From NCBI GenBank assembly GCA_949358305.1, contig OX442314.1:26660001-26724000 (forward strand): a stretch of DNA of 64,000 bases, given 5' to 3'. The stretch comes from Strigamia acuminata (Eukaryota). The notes under the pieces were generated by a model. It did not search any database and was not told the origin of the DNA. It was given only the letters and a program-made list of their open reading frames with translations. A program made the position numbers and the translations under genes. Below are positions 61,922 to 64,000 of this stretch, piece by piece (positions within the stretch are counted from its first letter, which is position 1; the number at the start of each line of letters is the position of its first letter).

Positions 61922-63199
61922 ATGATTGGAACGTTTCTTGTGTTGTCACATTTCTTATTTCGTCGATTGGGATTGGCACCGCTCACACAATCGCTGGGTT
62001 GTGGTAAGTACAGACAAAAACAGACAAAACCCCCCCAAAAAAAACCTAAAAACGTCCAAACTGACCCAAAAACGCGCCAAGTTTCGTTTTCTAACGTTCA
62101 AATCGAAAATCCCGTCAAGATATTCCAATTCGCGCTCAAATCGAGAAAACGCGAGACTTCTCACAAGTGTAAACTAAATTATTCCAATTCGCACAATTCA
62201 AAATTGCCTTTTAGAATCGATTTGCCTAACCCATGAAGGCGGAGCAAGACCTCCTGGCGCACCGGGTGGACCGACGAGAACGACCCGACAACTCGGCGGA
62301 ACGGACGATCCCCCTCATTCAGCGAGCGGTCGAACACTAGTCGAAAGTCGAAGCACTTTGAACCGATCGGATGGTCCATGCAATCTGGGATTGGGGACGA
62401 CTACCGGCTTAGAGAATCATGAAACTAATGCGATGACCGCGTTTGACTTCCAACCATTACTAGAAACATCAGAAGCCATTCCATTGATCGGTTTCGATTT
62501 CGAGACCATTGTTGACTCTAGATCGACGCCGTCGGCCGATTTCGGCGCGGCCGTCTGCGAATATCTGGACGAAGAAAGGTTTGGCGAAGAACTTTGCCCC
62601 TTATCTTTATTCGGTGCATCTGTAGGAGGTGGTGGTGGGGTCTTTCAAGATTTAGCTCCTATGTCCAGCTCCGAGAACAGCCTCGTTTCAGTAGATACGC
62701 CTCTAGCGGCAGTGGACGACATCAAAACCAACGAAATTCATGTGATGGAATCTGACGATTTTCCGGCATCTGGTGACGGAACCAAAACATCTATCGACGT
62801 TCTCTTAACCCAAGAACAAGGAAAAGGTTTCATTTGTTTATTTTTATTACAATTTATTTATTTATTATTTATTTATTTCTTTAATTTTTAGAAATGCCAA
62901 CTAACGGTTTGGACGAAGTGATAGCCGCCATTTTGGGACTAGATGACATAATGGTGGGCGATTCAGAAGTGACGCAGGGATTGAAGACGGATTTTAATAG
63001 TCCTATTGACGATGCTCTTGGGAGGATGAAATGTTGCATGAAAAATGCTGTATCTAAAGTCGAACTGGAAGCATTGGCTGGTAGTAGGGGTGAAGGAAGA
63101 GTGCCTTTAATGGTCGTCGATGCACCCAAACAAGAATCTGCGTGTTCGGATCAAGACAATTTGCTGTTTTTGGATAATTGTTACAAAAACTCATTTTAG
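61922..63199 (+). CDS. Unassigned leader-family gene 3: ~333-aa acidic, probably disordered protein; exons 61922-62003, 62215-62826, 62892-63199
   Basis: Exon 1 encodes MIGTFLVLSHFLFRRLGLAPLTQSLGC then G|gtaagt; both introns are GT-AG phase 1 and join in frame (1002 nt). Confidence 0.75.
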
Positions 63200-63534
63200 A
63201 ACAAAATATCACTTTTATAAATATTTTATTTTTGTGAGAAATTTCGACATTTTTTTGTAAGAATAGAAATAATAAATTTGACGGAGCTAACTTTTCGTTT
63301 TATTTAAATTTATATTTAAGGTTGTCGCTATTTGACGCCAGTGGTCGCTTGATTTTTGATTCGGAAGTGGAAGAAATACTTTATATTCTTATTTTTATTT
63401 TACAGAAAACTATATTTTTATTTTTATTTTACATTAAAACTAATAGTAAATGGTTTTTTTTTTTATTAATTTAATGAAAACGAATATATTTTTGGTGTGC
63501 GTACAGCCCGCACCAAACCTGTCGCTGTTGGGCC

Positions 63535-63548
63535 GTTGCCACGGCAAC
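63535..63548. promoter_or_regulatory. RFX X-box-like palindrome upstream of leader-family gene 4
   Basis: GTTGCCACGGCAAC is one base from GTTGCCATGGCAAC and lies 312 bp before the ATG at 63847. Confidence 0.6.
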
Positions 63549-63846
63549 AACTAAAGGTTAATTTTGTAAAAAGAATGGCGAGGTTTTTGTGACACTTCTA
63601 ATCTGTACTCATTCACATCATCCACTCTATTTCGGCCCGAGTTGATTAAATTTACCGCGACCATTACTTGAAGGCGTACATCGTTTTCTAAAATGTTTAA
63701 ATCTTAAATGTTAAATTCGTAAAAAAAAAAATCTTAGTTTAATTACTTCGCCATGCCATTTTAAAATATGAAGTGGATTCATATCTACCGATTAATTTAA
63801 AACAACAAACTTAATTTATTTATATTTTCCCACGCATTAATTTAAA

Positions 63847-63916
63847 ATGATTGGAACCGTATTAACCTTGTCTCATTTAGTACTACGGCATCTGGGAATC
63901 GCTTACAATGACGAAG
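63847..63916 (+). CDS. Unassigned leader-family gene 4, first coding exon only (remainder beyond the window)
   Basis: MIGTVLTLSHLVLRHLGIAYNDE then G|gtaatt (phase 1); matches the leader of genes 1-3. Confidence 0.7.
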
Positions 63917-64000
63917 GTAATTTTCAATTAAATTTATACCAAAATTTACACTCAAATTTTGACATTTATACTCAACCTTTTACATTTACATTCAAATTTT

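Overview
AT-rich, intron-containing animal genomic DNA (probably an arthropod; the species cannot be determined here). The left 39 kb is a compact block of seven conserved housekeeping genes: AGL (-, runs off the left edge), PKMYT1 (+), cytosolic IDH1 (-), MFAP1 (+), GILT/IFI30-like (+), PUS3 (-) and KIF21 (+). They form head-to-head and tail-to-tail pairs, and their introns carry local minisatellites and nested MITEs. The right 23 kb holds the most unusual signal: four tandem + strand genes that I cannot assign to a known family (ATGs at 40801, 45289, 61922, 63847). All four begin with a short first coding exon encoding the same 16-residue leader, MIG[TV]xLx[LV][ST][HQ]hh[FL]Rx[LI] (h = hydrophobic), ending in a phase-1 intron. 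The three complete members share a 3-exon, phase 1/1 layout but have unrelated low-complexity bodies of about 599, 4899 and 333 aa; the largest uses a single 14.26-kb repeat-built exon. Three members have RFX X-box-like sites about 280-313 bp upstream of the ATG. Other notable signals are a UGA-CUA readthrough context on IDH1 that would append a PTS1-like ...TPKL tail, two alternative last exons plus candidate cassette exons in KIF21, and a MITE containing two further inverted-repeat elements in an AGL intron. Gene models were assembled by eye from GT-AG sites and reading-frame phase; no database searches were run.
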